Shown piece after piece: positions 11,532 to 24,993 of a stretch of 64,000 nucleotides of DNA. A model generated the notes under the pieces. The model did not search any database. It saw only the letters and a list, made by a program, of their open reading frames with translations, and was not told where the DNA came from. Where the stretch lies: assembly GCA_965645245.1 (NCBI GenBank), contig OZ287068.1, positions 2,790,001 through 2,854,000 of the forward strand. Direction: 5' to 3'. The DNA is from Massalongia carnosa (taxonomy: Eukaryota). Position 1 is the first letter of the stretch. Each line of letters begins with the position of its first letter. The position numbers and the translations under genes are program-made.

Positions 11532-13811
11532 ATCGCTAATTTCCAGAAGAGCATTGATAGTTTGGTATGACTCATTCCGATCATAGCAACACTAGAGCAA
11601 TCATTGTGGAAAACTCGCAGAGAATCCGGATGAGTTCCTGGGAACTGAGAAACCATAGGCGGTGTTGGTAAAACCTACTAAGGCCGGGATGTGCCTCTCC
11701 TATTCTCTTCAAGTCTACAGCCTCGCTATCTAGGTGTGGCCGAATTTCAAGTCATGCGCAATAGCGTAAGACCCTTCACAGAAAGGTCAGGCAAGTCAAC
11801 AACCTACGGAGTATTATTTTTGAGCATACATCTCGGATTTTGCATCGTCTCTCCATCCATCAACTTCCGGGAACGTCAATTTTCTGAATATGCCAATTTA
11901 GGGATTGTTCTTCTCTGAGGAATTTCCCAATCCAGATTCGAGAGTGGAATATAAGGTTGATTGGCGTCCATTCCTTGTATGCTCCTATATAACCTAGGCT
12001 GCAAGACTAAATGGGCGAAGACGCACATCCCTGTTATCTTCTTTGAACTCCATTGACCCTTCCTTTTCTGGGATTGAAAAATACAGAATCCATCCGGCAG
12101 AGAAGATAACCGGGAAAGCCTTTTTTCCTTGAGCACCTACCAAATTACCTTATGGTCTGAACCTCCAAGAGGCACCGGGTTGATGACAGCAGACAACTAG
12201 TCATAGTACTCGAGGGTTTGTGAACTGGGTTCTACCCGGATCTATAGCTTGCGGTAGAGTCGTTATTGAGGGCTCAAGGCTGTAGATGGTATTGCTTCTC
12301 TCCAAGTAGGAACCGCAAAGAGGATCTACTTAAGGGGGCGGGCATAATGAGGCAGGTCAAGATAATGTTTGCCTACTTTTGGTGGGTATCTCGTGGTTTG
12401 ATATTTGTTTATCTTGCTTTTTCATACTATCATCTGTTTTCCAATAATAATACTTCTCATCCATGTTGCGGAAACATGAAATTAAGTGTTCTGACTACGT
12501 TGCCGTTGGTAATCAGCGGTCAAAAGCCTGCAAATACTATGTGGCGGCGAACCAGGCTTGGGCCATACCTACATTGCACTCGTACTAGCCACCAAGACTT
12601 TCATTAAGAGTGCTCAAGATGCCATAAGCTGAAGATGGAACTGTCTACTTCCTATGGGAAAGCCTTTGGACCCTTTGCTATCGAGCTGAGTAGCGTTAGC
12701 TTCCTAAAGGACCCGCATTTTATATAACGATTTATAATCCGTATCGATTGTCTCCTTCTGCGAAAACCATATAGAAGTGGATGGCATGAGCCAATCAACT
12801 GAGGTTCAATCACTCCTAGGATTCAAGACTATTCAGCGCGCCTCGTTGGTCTACAAAGCGCTAAAAGGTGTAAATATTTCCATGTCAAGAAACGAGACCA
12901 AATGACAAGTTTCAGCAATAATAAAGAATAAAACACTGCTAGTGTAAGCTTTCACCTAAATCGTATATTGAATGCTCTCTTAATACATACGTTTCGCTAA
13001 ACTCTGATGCATATTGTGGTTTTGGGGTGGAAAAGCGGTTTAACCATCTCCCCAAAGCTAATGATGTTGAGAACCAGAATTTCTCCAACCAAATGGTTCC
13101 AGTACCCAGCTACCTGACATTTCAAGAATGTGAAAGAGGAATGATCCGGGACAGGGCAGCCTTCCTGTTTGGAAGAGCTAAGGAGTTGGTACAATAGCGT
13201 GCAGAGTTGGAGAAAGATGTCAAAAGACCACATCTCCACCATAAAAGTCCAGAGTTTCCTTTACTTCGTTGAGTTGTGTTCTTGTTGACGTTCTTGAAGT
13301 TTAACTAATGTGTCTAGTTTGAACTCTAAATCCTCCTATCGGATCTTGAACGGGGTCCGTTAAGCGCTTAGCACTGTTTCAAGAAAGATTTCCGAGATGC
13401 CAAACGCCGAAAGTCGGACGGAGTACAAGTACTTTGTTCCTAGTTCTTTAACGTTATCTTCATGGCTCCGGGATCTCCAAAGGCCGCCCCCGAGTCACGG
13501 TACATCGGCTTTTGGCGCAAAGTCCATCGTAATAACATAATACGCTAGTAGCGGAGCACAATCCACGGTCGGAGTACAGTCATCACCGACGCGTTCTGCT
13601 GTCATTTACAGACATTCATTCATCGGATACTCTCTACTTAAATGTCGTCCGTTAACTTACCCAGAGACAACTCTACTCTCAACATTTGACCTTATATTAT
13701 CTTCGTGGAAAGTGCTTTTGCTGCAATTCTATCTTTCTTCTCTCTATCATCCTTGATCTGAATGGGAAGTGGTAATTGTGCGAGAGCGTCAACGAGCAGC
13801 AGCTCCCAAGT

Positions 13812-16800
13812 ATGGAAATTGAAGGCGCCATGAGAGATGCTCAGGCATCTAGACTTGGAACTGGCGGAGGGGAAGCAACCATGAGCTCGTCGATGCGAAC
13901 GCTTGAGCTTTCAAGCACTGCTCATGAGATGCAAGAGAAGAGCTTCAGGAGCAAAGCCAATGACTGGAGCTTAATGCCAGAGCTTGAAGCAACTCAAGCT
14001 CGGGGGGAACAAATGGCGCTCAAGGCCCGGAAGCTTGGGCTTACCTGGAAGAACCTTACCGTGAAAGGGGTGGGTGCTGATGCAGCCTTCAATGAGAATG
14101 TGCTGTCGCAATTCAACATTCCTCTACATATCAAAGAGTCTCGTCACGCCCCGCCGTTGAAAACGATTCTTGACAACAGCCACGGATGTGTTCGACCGGG
14201 AGAGATGCTACTCGTACTGGGGCGACCTGGATCGGGATGCACCAGCCTTCTGAAGATACTCGCCAACCGAAGACAGGGATATGCCCATGTGGAGGGAGAC
14301 GTATCCTTCGGGTCTCTGAATGCCAAAGAGGCAGAGCAATACAGAGGACAAATAATCATGAACACTGAAGACGAGATTTTCTTTCCCACTCTTACCGTGG
14401 GTCAGACCATCGACTTTGCCACAAGGATGAAAGTGCCATTCCATTTGCCATCAACTATGAGCAAGGACGTCGACTTTCAACAAGAGCAACGTACCTTTTT
14501 GCTAAAATGCATGGGTATTGCTCACACAGAGGACACCAGGGTGGGCGATGAGTTTATACGAGGTGTATCTGGAGGCGAACGAAAACGTGTCTCCATCATC
14601 GAAACCCTTGCCTCTCGAGCTAGTGTGTATTGTTGGGATAACAGCACACGAGGCCTGGATGCTAGTACCGCCTTGGAGTTCACCAAAGCAATTCGAGCGA
14701 TGACCGATATTCTTGGACTAACCTCGGTCGTTTCGCTTTACCAGGCAGGCAATGGTATCTACAATCTGTTCGATAAGGTTCTTGTGCTCGATGAAGGGAA
14801 GCAGATTTACTATGGACCTTTAGACAAGGCTCGCCCTTTTATGAAGGGCCTTGGTTTTGTGTGCGAAGACTCAGCTAACGTAGCTGATTTTCTCACTGGC
14901 GTCACTGTTCCAACCGAGCGACGGATTAGAGAAGGGTTCGAGGATAGGTTTCCACGTACTGCCGAAGGGATCCGCAAGGAATATGAAAAGACAGAGATAA
15001 AAGCTGAAATGTGCTATGAGTACGATTATCCAAATACAGCCGAAGCAAAAACGAATACGGACATGTTTCGAGAGGCGATTCATCATGATAAGCATAAGTT
15101 TCTTCATGAGGGATCTCCATTGACTATAAGCTTCACGGCGCAAGTTAAAGCCTGTATCAAGCGCCAATATCAGATCGTCTGGGGAGACAAGTCTACTTTT
15201 ATTCTCAAACAAGCTGCAACTCTGGTCCAGGCACTCGTGGTTGGCTCGTTGTTCTACGCGGCTTCTGATGACTCGAGCGGTTTATTCTCCAAATCCGGAG
15301 CAATATTCTTCTCCCTTCTCTACAATAGTCTCACGGCCTTGTCCGAGGTAACTGACTCCTTTGCTGGAAGACCAGTTCTGGCGAAGCACAAATCATTCGC
15401 GTTCTATCATCCAGCAGCATTCTGCTTTGGCCAGATAACCTCTGATATTCCAATCTTGCTTTTTCAAGCCATCCTATTTTCCGTTGTCATCTACTTCTTG
15501 ACTGGTCTAAGGGCCGAGGCTGGAGCATTCTTTACCTTTTTGCTTATCATTTTCGCACTTGCCATGTGTATGACAGCTATGTTCCGAGCAGTTGGTGCGG
15601 CTTTCAAAACCTTTGACGATGCCACTAAGCTTGCAGGCTTTTGGTTATCTGCGGTAATCATGTACACCGGCTTCTTCATACCCAAGACGCAAATGCACCC
15701 ATGGTTTGTCTGGATCTATTGGATCAATCCTCTAGCCTATGGGTTTGAAGCGCTCTTGTCCAACGAGTTCCACGGTAAGATCATTAACTGTGTGAAAAAC
15801 AGCCTAATTCCCAACGGATTCGGCTATTCAGACCTGGCATATCAATCCTGTGCTGGTGTATCAGGCGCAAATCAAGGCGCAAATTTTGTCACTGGTGAAC
15901 AATACTTAGCCTCGCTTTCTTATAGCCATTCACACCTATGGCGAAATTTTGCCGTTCTTTGGGCATTTTGGGCATTGTGTGTTGGAATCACTATCTTTGC
16001 CACAAGTAAATGGGAGACCTCCTACGGCAAGACCGGCTTCTTGCTGCTTCCTCGAGAAAACGCAAGGAAAAACGCGCGACTATTACGCGACGATGCTGAA
16101 TCGCAAGCAAAAGAAGAATCTGGTTGGTCGCCTAGCGGGTCGTCGCTTCCTACACTCATGGACGAAAACCATGTCGACAAAAGTTTGATCAGAAATACCT
16201 CCGTCTTCACTTGGAAAAACCTAACTTACACTGTCAAAACACCATCCGGTGATCTAGTTCTTCTAGACAACGTGCATGGCTATGTCAAACCTGGTATGCT
16301 TGGAGCGCTGATGGGTTCCTCGGGCGCAGGCAAAACCACTCTCCTAGACGTCCTTGCTCAGCGCAAAACAGAAGGTTCTATACAAGGCTCGATTCTAGTC
16401 GATGGCCGAGAGCTCTCTGTATCATTTCAAAGGTCCGCGGGCTATTGTGAGCAGTTGGATGTGCATGAGCCTCTCGCGACAGTTCGAGAAGCTCTGGAGT
16501 TTTCTGCTTTACTTCGACAATCCCATGATATCCCAAAGAAAGAGAAGCTCAAATATGTTGATACGATTATCAACCTTCTCGAAATGAATGACATTGAGCA
16601 TACGCTGATTGGAAAAGCTGGGGCGGGATTGTCTATCGAGCAGAGGAAGAGACTGACAATTGGGGTGGAACTTGTGGCAAAGCCGAGTATTCTGATCTTC
16701 TTGGATGAGCCGACTTCAGGGCTGGATGGACAGGCTGCATTCAACACTCTTCGATTCTTGAGGAAGCTGTCTGAAGTTGGCCAGGCTGTCTTGGTTACCA

Positions 16801-18125
16801 TCCATCAGCCTTCGGCCTCTTTGTTTGCCCAGTTCGACACCCTGTTGTTGTTAGCAAAAGGAGGAAAGACCGTGTACTCGGGGCCTATAGGTGAAAATGC
16901 TGTGACGATTAAGGCCTACTTTGGCCGCTATGGCCGCCCTTGCCCAGTTGACACTAACCCTGCAGAACATATGATTGATGTTGTCTCTGGATCTCAATCT
17001 CAAGGAAGGGATTGGAATCAAGTCTGGCTAGAGTCCCCCGAGTATAAAGGATTTATTCAGGAACTCGATAACATCATTGACGAGGCCGCCGCTAAGCCAC
17101 CCGGTACCGAGGATGATGGAAAGGAATTCGCCATCCCATTATGGGAGCAAATCAAACTCGTTACCCAGCGCATGAACGTCGCTCTATACCGCAATACCGA
17201 CTACGTCAACAACAAGTTCGCTCTGCACGTTGGCTCCGCCCTCTTCAACGGCTTCTCCTTCTGGATGATCGGCTCCACCGTTGGCGACCTCCACCTGCGC
17301 CTTTTCACCATCTTCAACTTCATCTTCGTTGCTCCGGGTGTCATCAATCAACTGCAACCGCTTTTCATCGCGCGCCGTGAAATCTATGAAGCCCGGGAGA
17401 AGAAGTCGAAAATGTACTCCTGGATCGCCTTCGTGACCGGTCTCATCGTTTCGGAGATCCCCTACCTCTGCATCTGCGCCATCCTCTACTTCCTCCCATG
17501 GTACTACACTGTCGGCTTCCCCGCCGCGTCAGACAAAGCGGGCGCCGTCTTCTTCGTTGTGCTGGCATACGAGTTTGTCTACACAGGCATCGGCCAGTTC
17601 GTCGCTGCGTACGCACCCACGCCCGTCTTCGCCTCGCTCGTCAACCCCGTCGTCATCAGCGTGCTCGTCTCCTTCTGCGGTGTGCTGCTCCCTTATACCC
17701 AGATCCAGGCTTTTTGGCGCTACTGGCTATATTACCTCGACCCCTTCACCTACCTCATGAGTAGCATGCTTGTGTTCACCGTCTACGACGCTCCCGTTAC
17801 CTGCGCTCCGCACGAATTCGCCGTTTTCGACACCCCCCGCAACCAAACCTGCGGCGAGTATCTGGCCCCTTACCTTGAAGAGATAGGTGCCGGCGCGAAC
17901 CTCGTCAATCCCGGTGACACGGCCGCTTGTCGCGTGTGTCAGTTTCGGGGCGGGAGCGATTACCTGGCCACGGTGAACCTGGGGGCCTACAAGGACGGGT
18001 GGCGCGACGCCGCGATCGTGGTGATTTTTGCGTTCAGCTCGTACATGATGGTGTATTTGCTCATGAAGCTGCGCACCAAGGCTTCGAAGAAGGCGACGCA
18101 GATGAAAGGATTTAAAGGATCGTAG
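13812..18125 (+). CDS. PDR-type (ABCG) full-size multidrug ABC transporter, AtrB-like, intronless
   Basis: NBD1 [18 protein letters not shown] and [13 protein letters not shown]2 [23 protein letters not shown] and [10 protein letters not shown]; two transmembrane domains in NBD-TMD-NBD-TMD order. Confidence 0.95.
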   Translation: MEIEGAMRDAQASRLGTGGGEATMSSSMRTLELSSTAHEMQEKSFRSKANDWSLMPELEATQARGEQMALKARKLGLTWKNLTVKGVGADAAFNENVLSQFNIPLHIKESRHAPPLKTILDNSHGCVRPGEMLLVLGRPGSGCTSLLKILANRRQGYAHVEGDVSFGSLNAKEAEQYRGQIIMNTEDEIFFPTLTVGQTIDFATRMKVPFHLPSTMSKDVDFQQEQRTFLLKCMGIAHTEDTRVGDEFIRGVSGGERKRVSIIETLASRASVYCWDNSTRGLDASTALEFTKAIRAMTDILGLTSVVSLYQAGNGIYNLFDKVLVLDEGKQIYYGPLDKARPFMKGLGFVCEDSANVADFLTGVTVPTERRIREGFEDRFPRTAEGIRKEYEKTEIKAEMCYEYDYPNTAEAKTNTDMFREAIHHDKHKFLHEGSPLTISFTAQVKACIKRQYQIVWGDKSTFILKQAATLVQALVVGSLFYAASDDSSGLFSKSGAIFFSLLYNSLTALSEVTDSFAGRPVLAKHKSFAFYHPAAFCFGQITSDIPILLFQAILFSVVIYFLTGLRAEAGAFFTFLLIIFALAMCMTAMFRAVGAAFKTFDDATKLAGFWLSAVIMYTGFFIPKTQMHPWFVWIYWINPLAYGFEALLSNEFHGKIINCVKNSLIPNGFGYSDLAYQSCAGVSGANQGANFVTGEQYLASLSYSHSHLWRNFAVLWAFWALCVGITIFATSKWETSYGKTGFLLLPRENARKNARLLRDDAESQAKEESGWSPSGSSLPTLMDENHVDKSLIRNTSVFTWKNLTYTVKTPSGDLVLLDNVHGYVKPGMLGALMGSSGAGKTTLLDVLAQRKTEGSIQGSILVDGRELSVSFQRSAGYCEQLDVHEPLATVREALEFSALLRQSHDIPKKEKLKYVDTIINLLEMNDIEHTLIGKAGAGLSIEQRKRLTIGVELVAKPSILIFLDEPTSGLDGQAAFNTLRFLRKLSEVGQAVLVTIHQPSASLFAQFDTLLLLAKGGKTVYSGPIGENAVTIKAYFGRYGRPCPVDTNPAEHMIDVVSGSQSQGRDWNQVWLESPEYKGFIQELDNIIDEAAAKPPGTEDDGKEFAIPLWEQIKLVTQRMNVALYRNTDYVNNKFALHVGSALFNGFSFWMIGSTVGDLHLRLFTIFNFIFVAPGVINQLQPLFIARREIYEAREKKSKMYSWIAFVTGLIVSEIPYLCICAILYFLPWYYTVGFPAASDKAGAVFFVVLAYEFVYTGIGQFVAAYAPTPVFASLVNPVVISVLVSFCGVLLPYTQIQAFWRYWLYYLDPFTYLMSSMLVFTVYDAPVTCAPHEFAVFDTPRNQTCGEYLAPYLEEIGAGANLVNPGDTAACRVCQFRGGSDYLATVNLGAYKDGWRDAAIVVIFAFSSYMMVYLLMKLRTKASKKATQMKGFKGS

Positions 18126-18450
18126 AAGGATTTTAGAAGGTGGATGGCGGTGTTTGGGGTGGTTTGCATACCTAGAAATTGAATATTTCCTTTTTTTGGA
18201 GGGCTCGGGGGTCCCTCCTTGGAGGTAGGCGTCGCTAGTTGGATAGACTTGTAACTTGTAGACACACAAATGTAGACAAAATTATTCCTTGCGTCACAGT
18301 TCTCCATATATCTCTACACAATTTTCCTCTATTATCTTTCCTCATTCTACCTAATCCATCCGTCTATCCACCATCTCAGAACACCCCTTCACCTTTTGAA
18401 CCGAACCGAACCCCGTCCTTCTCTTACGAGTAGCCCCCGCCGAATTCGTT

Positions 18451-19115
18451 CCTCGCACGTTGTGGAAGGGTGGAGTGGAACTTCGCTAGGCCGGTGGCAG
18501 GTCAGGTGGCGAGTCAGGTGACAAATCAGGTCGTCCGGGTGCTGGCGTCTTAGCATTGGAGTTTTGTGCTGCGTTTTTCCTTTCATCTTTTCATACACCT
18601 TACACATCTTACATACATCTATTCATACTGCTATCAGCACATGTACAATTAGCTACACACATAGCACATATACACACATACAGCTAATCAGCTATACACA
18701 TGCTTGACGATTCATCTATTCAGTGAGGCTCTTTTTGATTATTTATTAGTTTGTTTGTTTAAGGCTCAGCTACTTCCGATCGCGCGGTGGTCGCCAAATG
18801 TGAAGGGATAAACTGGGTGGTGACGATCGATAGAAGAACTGAAACAAACAAACGAACAATCAAAAGGAGCCTCACTGAATAGATGAATCGTCAAGCATGT
18901 AAATAGCTGTGTATATGTGCTATGTGTGTAGCTAACTGTACATGTGCTGATAGCAGTATAAATAGATGTATGTATGTAAGATGTGTAAGGTGTATGAAAA
19001 GATGAAAGGAAAAACGCAGCACAAACCTCCAATGCCAAGACGCCAGCACCCGACCACCTGATCTGTCACCTGACCTGCCACCAACCTAATGGAGTTCCAC
19101 TCCATAACGTAGAGG
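18451..19115. mobile_element. Foldback/MITE-like element: imperfect inverted arms of ~270-310 bp around a ~80-bp spacer
   Basis: ~18451-18760 is the reverse complement of ~18842-19115, with substitutions and indels (e.g. catgcttgacgattcatctattcagtgaggctc / gagcctcactgaatagatgaatcgtcaagcatg). Confidence 0.75.
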
Positions 19116-19599
19116 GCCGTATTCTAAATGGAGACCACGAGAGAAAGAAAAATGGAAATGTAGAGCGTGTCGTGATAAAAGAATGCAAAGGAAAGAAATC
19201 GATTCCATGACCAGAATCTTATCTGACTGTGCCTAGCCAAGTCTCTCCTATTTAGTTAGTTGGTTGATGCAAACAATGGTTGATAGATAGGGCGGAGGTT
19301 CCGTCAAGAGGGCGTGAATACGTCGCCAAACGGAGGACGGGGGGAGGTAATATGTAGCTACTTATTATATATGACTAGCAACCTGGATTAACAATTCACC
19401 GACGACGCGACGGGGTTATGGCTCAAGATGAACGGTTGGGCGCTGAAGAGGAAGGAGAAGAGGGTTTTGGTCTGGTCCGGCTGAATCGAGTTGACTCCTG
19501 GCGTAGCGCCCGGAGTTTCGACGTTGAGGTCGAAAGAAAAGATGCGTGGCGGTTGGTTGAGCAAGCCTCTACCTACCTGCCCAAAACTGTACTAAAATA

Positions 19600-21461
19600 T
19601 CATTCCGGAATCCCACCATCTCTCGCGCTCCCTCTCTCCTGTTCGATCTCCCGCACCGTCTCGACTATACTACACATATCCAGCCAAACGCCATCAGCAA
19701 AAAGTCTGATCCTCACTACTACAACATCTATTCCATCTCTAGGGAAAAACAGAATACTACTCACCGCCGTAGCCCCTCTCTAAGCTGGCCTTTCTCGTAG
19801 GTGAACACGATCCGAAACCAGCCAGCCTGCTCGCTGGAGAAGTTCTCTCCGGTGCTGAGGCAGATGCCTGCGTCTAGGAGGCGCTTAGTGAGGAGGCGTT
19901 CGCGCGTGGTTGGGTCGGCGGGACCGGATGGTAGATAGGGAGATAGGTTTATCCAGAGGAAATAGCCGGCGTTTCTGTTGGGGAAGGAGGTGAGTTTGGA
20001 GAGCAGACTGTAACGCGATGATGGAAATATTGGTAGAGAAGGGAAATTGGGAAAAAGAAAGATGGGTGGAGGGGTTCGAACACTCCCTTGTAATACTCAA
20101 TTCCAGCACGCTCCAGAACCTCCGTTGTGATGGCATAGTTCTCGGCCAAGCGCTGCCGGTTTAAATCAAGGAGCCAGGCGGTCCATTCCGTGTCTTCCAG
20201 CATGGTAGCGGCAACCTCGCAGGACAGGTTTGAAGGCCATGCAAATCGTCTGTTTTAGGATTCAGCAACTCGATTAGGTTAACTTCCTCCCAAGAGCCGG
20301 TAGAACCGTAAAACCTACGAGAGGACGCTGAATGCGCTCAAAAGCTGCTTGCTGCGCGTTATCAGGCAGCCCAATCGTAACCCGGCGGCGCCAAAATCCT
20401 TGAGCGGTAGGTTAGCCTCAGGAAGCGGAGTCTCCAGGGGAGGGTAGAATACTTTACTCATACCATATAACACATGCAGATATTCTGGGTCAATTAGCCC
20501 TGCAGACTCGATTGATAGCACAGACGTAAAAGGAACTGGTGGTGCGGTGGAGTTGAAGACGGAAAGAGCATAGATCTCATCGCTGACGAGATGCAGATTA
20601 TACTTGCGACAGAATTGCATATACTCTTGTAGCACCTTGGTGGAATAGCATTGGCCTAATTAAGTCTTTGTCAGTGAGAAGATTACCGGAAAGCCTCTCG
20701 TAGGAACTATACCTAGAGGATTATGAGGGTTACACAGCCACAGAACGCGAACTCTGATACCACGTTGCTCCGCATTTTGCATTGAAAGTTCATACTTCTC
20801 GATAGCACCACTAGAGAAATAGTCCACTCCTTCCATACACACGTATAGAAGCTCAGCCCTATCTCAGATTTAGACAGCTTTTCAATCATCAGTTAAACCA
20901 TCATGCTGAATACGAACCCAGATTTTGCGGTTAGATCAACTCGGAAATCGCGATATATGGGCTTGCCGAGTAAAATGCCATCGCCAGGATCTGTTATATT
21001 CCACGTGACTATCTCATTAATGGCCGTGACGCCAGACGAGAACACCACCTGCTCGGCTAGAACTGGTTTACAAGGGAGAAAATATTGATTGACGTGCTTG
21101 GCCATTGCTTTTCGTACGCGATTGCTTCCGCTTGAGCCATCGCCATAGCCGAACGCGTGCTCGCTGATGGTGATCTATTAGTGTCAGCTCACACCGTAGA
21201 AAGGTGCAATGGGGTCTACTTTGCTATTGACGAACTCAGCAAGTTCGCTATGGATCAAGAACTGTTCTTGAAATTAGCCACGAGGAATATACTCTCCTTT
21301 GGTAAGCAGTATATGGTAATTGATACATTGTCTGCAGGTCCCAGGCTTATCTTGCCAGATGGATTGGTCTCCGCGTCGTAGGGGTTCTCGCCAGCGAAGC
21401 CTAGGAACTCTGCGCCAGCAGATGCATTCTTCTGCCCACGCCCAGACAGCGTGAAGACCAT
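19600..21461 (-). CDS. PLP-dependent class I/II aminotransferase, ACC-synthase-like, multi-exon
   Basis: Motifs YDAETNPSGKISLG, LCNPHNPLG, HLVSDEIYALS, LYGMSK|DFGAAGLRLG (PLP lysine) and GWFRIVF. Confidence 0.88.
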
Positions 21462-22572
21462 TGTACCCGGTATCGTAGTATTGAATGATACAATCTGTAC
21501 CAAGTTATGGTATGTAGTGCTTAAATCTTTCGTCTTCGGTCCTGTGACTCATCGATATGGCCCGCCAAACGTGCTTGTTTCAGGAATTCAGCCCTACCAA
21601 CCTACCCGCGTCTTCCACCCGTGCAAGAGGCGCTATTTTGGGGTTAGAGAGTTGCAGCGATATATTTGAGCGAAATTCTTCATGTGATATAAATTATAGC
21701 CAGGTTGGTCCTTAAGTACTCTGTACAGATTTCATGAGGATCAAATGCCAATGCCAACCAGCCTGCCAACCAGCCCGGGTCGATAAAGTACTGTATACTT
21801 CTGAGCCCAGCTATTAAACGGTAAGGTTCTCAATCATCGGGCTCCATTTCGATGTTTTTGCATTGTCCGGATAATTCTTGCAGATGAAAAGAACAGAGCA
21901 GTATATGTTACGGAACATGGATGATACTTCTTACATTTGAGAACGTAGTGAGATACATATGTCGAGAGACGAAAACCGTACAGCGCATGAAGAGAATCAA
22001 AAGGAGAACAAGGAAACTTATTAGAACGGCTGTTAATAGCAAGTCCATATATCCTCCTAGCTTAACGAGTACCTCTTGAAGACTGAAGGTCTATGAGAAG
22101 AAAAGATAAGAGATGTAGATAGCTATAGTAGAGTTGTGTCGTCACGCCGTAATGAGAGATACTCCTTGGAAAAGGGAATAAGACTGTTAATATAAAGAAG
22201 ATATGTTTTTTTCTGGCGTGGAAAACGCGGGTCAAAATCACCCAGCGGCCTTTGTAGCTTTTGCCTAGTTTCCGCAACAAGCTGAAAATAACAAGATGTA
22301 AGTAAAATTGCTTTGCATTTTATAAACATAAATATACATTAAAACTTATGACGAAAAAATCCACAATACACTAACAACCGTCACACTAGACGGGCGGTAG
22401 TGTAACGGTTCGACCATGCGTGGTGCGGACGGCAGCATCCACAGCGAACATAGCAGGAGTCCCAGTTATAGTAGAATAGAGCTTGGTCTGCGGACTAAGT
22501 ATTGTGCCTTTTGGTCGGGAGGACAGGTGACGCAATGGTAGAAATCTATTCACTATCTCGCTTCGTCACACG

Positions 22573-23053
22573 ATGCGTTTACAGTCGGAAAGAGCTCAAC
22601 GGGAGGCTGATAACTCTACTCAACGAAAGTTATCAGGATTCGAACATGTCGAGGAGGTGTTGGATGAGCCTCCGAGGCGGAGGCGGGGGCGGAGGCGGGG
22701 GCGGGGTCGAGGACGGGGGCGAGGGCGAGGACGGGGCAGAGGGAGGGATGGTGAGCAGTCACAAGGTGAAGAGGTGGTCTCCGGTGAAGTTATTCAATCG
22801 ATTGAAGTAGATGGAGTGGGTTTGTTTCAGGCCTTTCGAATGTAAACACGAAATGAAGCTCAATTCATTGAAAACGATCATCGAGAAAGCATCAAATGAC
22901 TGGCTAAAACACACCTGAATTTCATCAAATCGAAAATGTTTTCTTCAGTTGTTTCTGCGCCCGAGGGAAATTTATACCGAATCGGGTTAGCTTACCTGGG
23001 GGTTTTAACGGGGGTGTCAAAGTAGTGAAAAGGGGTATCCCGGTATTAGTTCC
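22573..23053 (+). mobile_element. Possible 3' remnant of a Mutator-like (MULE) DNA transposon
   Basis: Peptide NSTQRKLSGFEHVE plus an RG-rich tail resembles fungal MULE transposase C-termini. It is followed by a G-rich TIR-like end (ggggtatcccggtattagttcc). No catalytic domain or partner TIR was seen. Confidence 0.35.
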
Positions 23054-23905
23054 TTATTTAAATTTTAATTTCATTTTCATTTCGTGTAAATCATGACTAC
23101 CGAGGCGCGCTAATAACGCGATATGATGTTTTGTTGATGTTTGTTGTCGTGTCGCATGCGACGTGCGCGTGCATGCAGACATAAACTTGTGCAGTCAGCT
23201 CGGCGGCGCATACAAGAGTTGCTCAGGAAGCTCGACGCATATAGGGGGTGCTCAGGGATCTCATGAGCTACAGAATCGGCCCCGAGCCCACTGAGTCAAT
23301 CGAACTGGCATTCCCGAAATGCCGATGAAGTAACCCATTCTTAAGGATTTTACTGCCGCTTTTCCTAAAGAGGCAACAAGAATGAAGGATTGTGAGCGAT
23401 TACGAGAGTTTTTTGTCGCAGGAATTTGTATTGAGCTGAAGATCGTTTCCCAATTGTAAGCAACGCCATGTACTTAACGAGTTGAGTCGGTCATAATCCA
23501 AGCTTTGCATATGGACAGGATAAAATATGTAAAAAATAAAATTAAAAACATCTTAATGCTAGCCTCCCCGGAGTTTACTAAGGTGAACCAGCACAGGGCA
23601 TTATATTTGAAAGAAAAGAACAAGTGAAAGAGATGATGATTGAAGATGAGAAGATTCCAGACAAGAGACGGGTGTATTTAAGTAACCCTTTGATGAAGTT
23701 ACAGAAACTGAGCCGGATGGTTCAACAATCCATCCAATAGTTAGATAGAAAATCTAGTTTCTTGTCACGATTAGTGCCAGCCTTAATGATTAATTATTCT
23801 CTCCTCTACTAGCTAGTCCACAGATCCTCATTCAACAATTGATGCCGCGCACGTATTTACGTTTTACAGTTTCGCCTCAAGGAAATGCCGATACTTGCAT
23901 TGCGG

Positions 23906-24993
23906 CTACACTGGCACCCAATATGGCGATCCTGAATCCTGAAGCGCTCGGAAAACCTTCAATACCCAAACCGCCGTGAACGGACCCCCTTCGTTTGAGG
24001 AGGCAGGTGGTGGTATCTCGACTCCTTTCGCGAGGTTCTCGAACCAAGCCAGCGCAGCCTCCTTGGGTTCTCCTTTCTGTGGCACCAGCCAGCCGCGAGG
24101 CTCGAACCGAGCCAACTCGATGATCGTGTCCTGGTTCTTTTGCATGAAGCTGTAGCGGGGCAACTTCCTAAATACAAGAGTGCGACTCGTTGTGGAATGG
24201 CCAATGTCATACTTGATATCGATATGCAAAATGAAATCAGAGACAAGGATCGCCTGCGGATTGCGCCAGCGCACATTGGTTTTGTATTCAATCAGGCGAA
24301 CTAAGTAGGCGTCTTCGTTTTCATTGGGAAAGCGCGGGCATGACCTTTCGACGGGCCAGCTGGAAGGGGTTTTGATCAGCGTATTTAACCGAAACTTTGG
24401 CCTAAGGCAACATACCCAGTTTCGGGATCTTGTTGGATAGTGGGCGCAATCTTGTCGGCCACGGCAGCAACTTCAAAGTCAGCCGTTGTTCCTTCCGCGA
24501 TATTTGGAGAGAATGGTGCGTCTGTGGAACTCCAGGAGGGAGTATTCGCAGCTGGTCCGCTCAGAAAGTTGTCAATCAGGCTGTTCGTAAATTTATCTTG
24601 ATCCACGCCAAGATTATCTTGAGCTTGAGAAGCTAGGCTGACAGCGAGCTCGGTGGCTATATCTGGACTATTAAACCCATCTTCCCATTGGGCCATAGGA
24701 TGATTGTCAGTCAGTGGGAACTCGGAACTACTATCCGCCTTGGCTCCACAACTTCCATCATCGCACATAGTAAGCACTTGGCGCTTTCCTGGAGTGCCCA
24801 AGCCTACTCCGGTACCAGAGCATGACCATGATGCCCGAATCGCAAGTTTTACAAAGTTCGTATCGAGATCCGTGAGGTCGGCCGTAGATGCACTATTTGA
24901 GAGTGAAAGACCTGCAAGAACCAAAACATTGCTCTGGTAAATCAAAGAAGTCAGAATCAAGGCTGATATAATTTTACCTCGCATCATATCCAA
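23906..24993 (-). CDS. Putative secreted protein of unknown function, 2 exons (24993-24416, 24359-23906), 343 aa
   Basis: Hydrophobic N-terminus KIISALILTSLIYQSNVLVLA; KR dibasic site; intron GTATGT..GCTGAT..TTCCAG (24415-24360) joins the two ORFs in frame. Confidence 0.6.

Noticed and set aside
13330..13630. CGG/CCG triplets upstream of the ABC transporter as a Zn2Cys6 drug-response element
   Set aside because: Spacings seen (13 and 14 nt) are inconsistent and could be chance; not supportable without conservation data.
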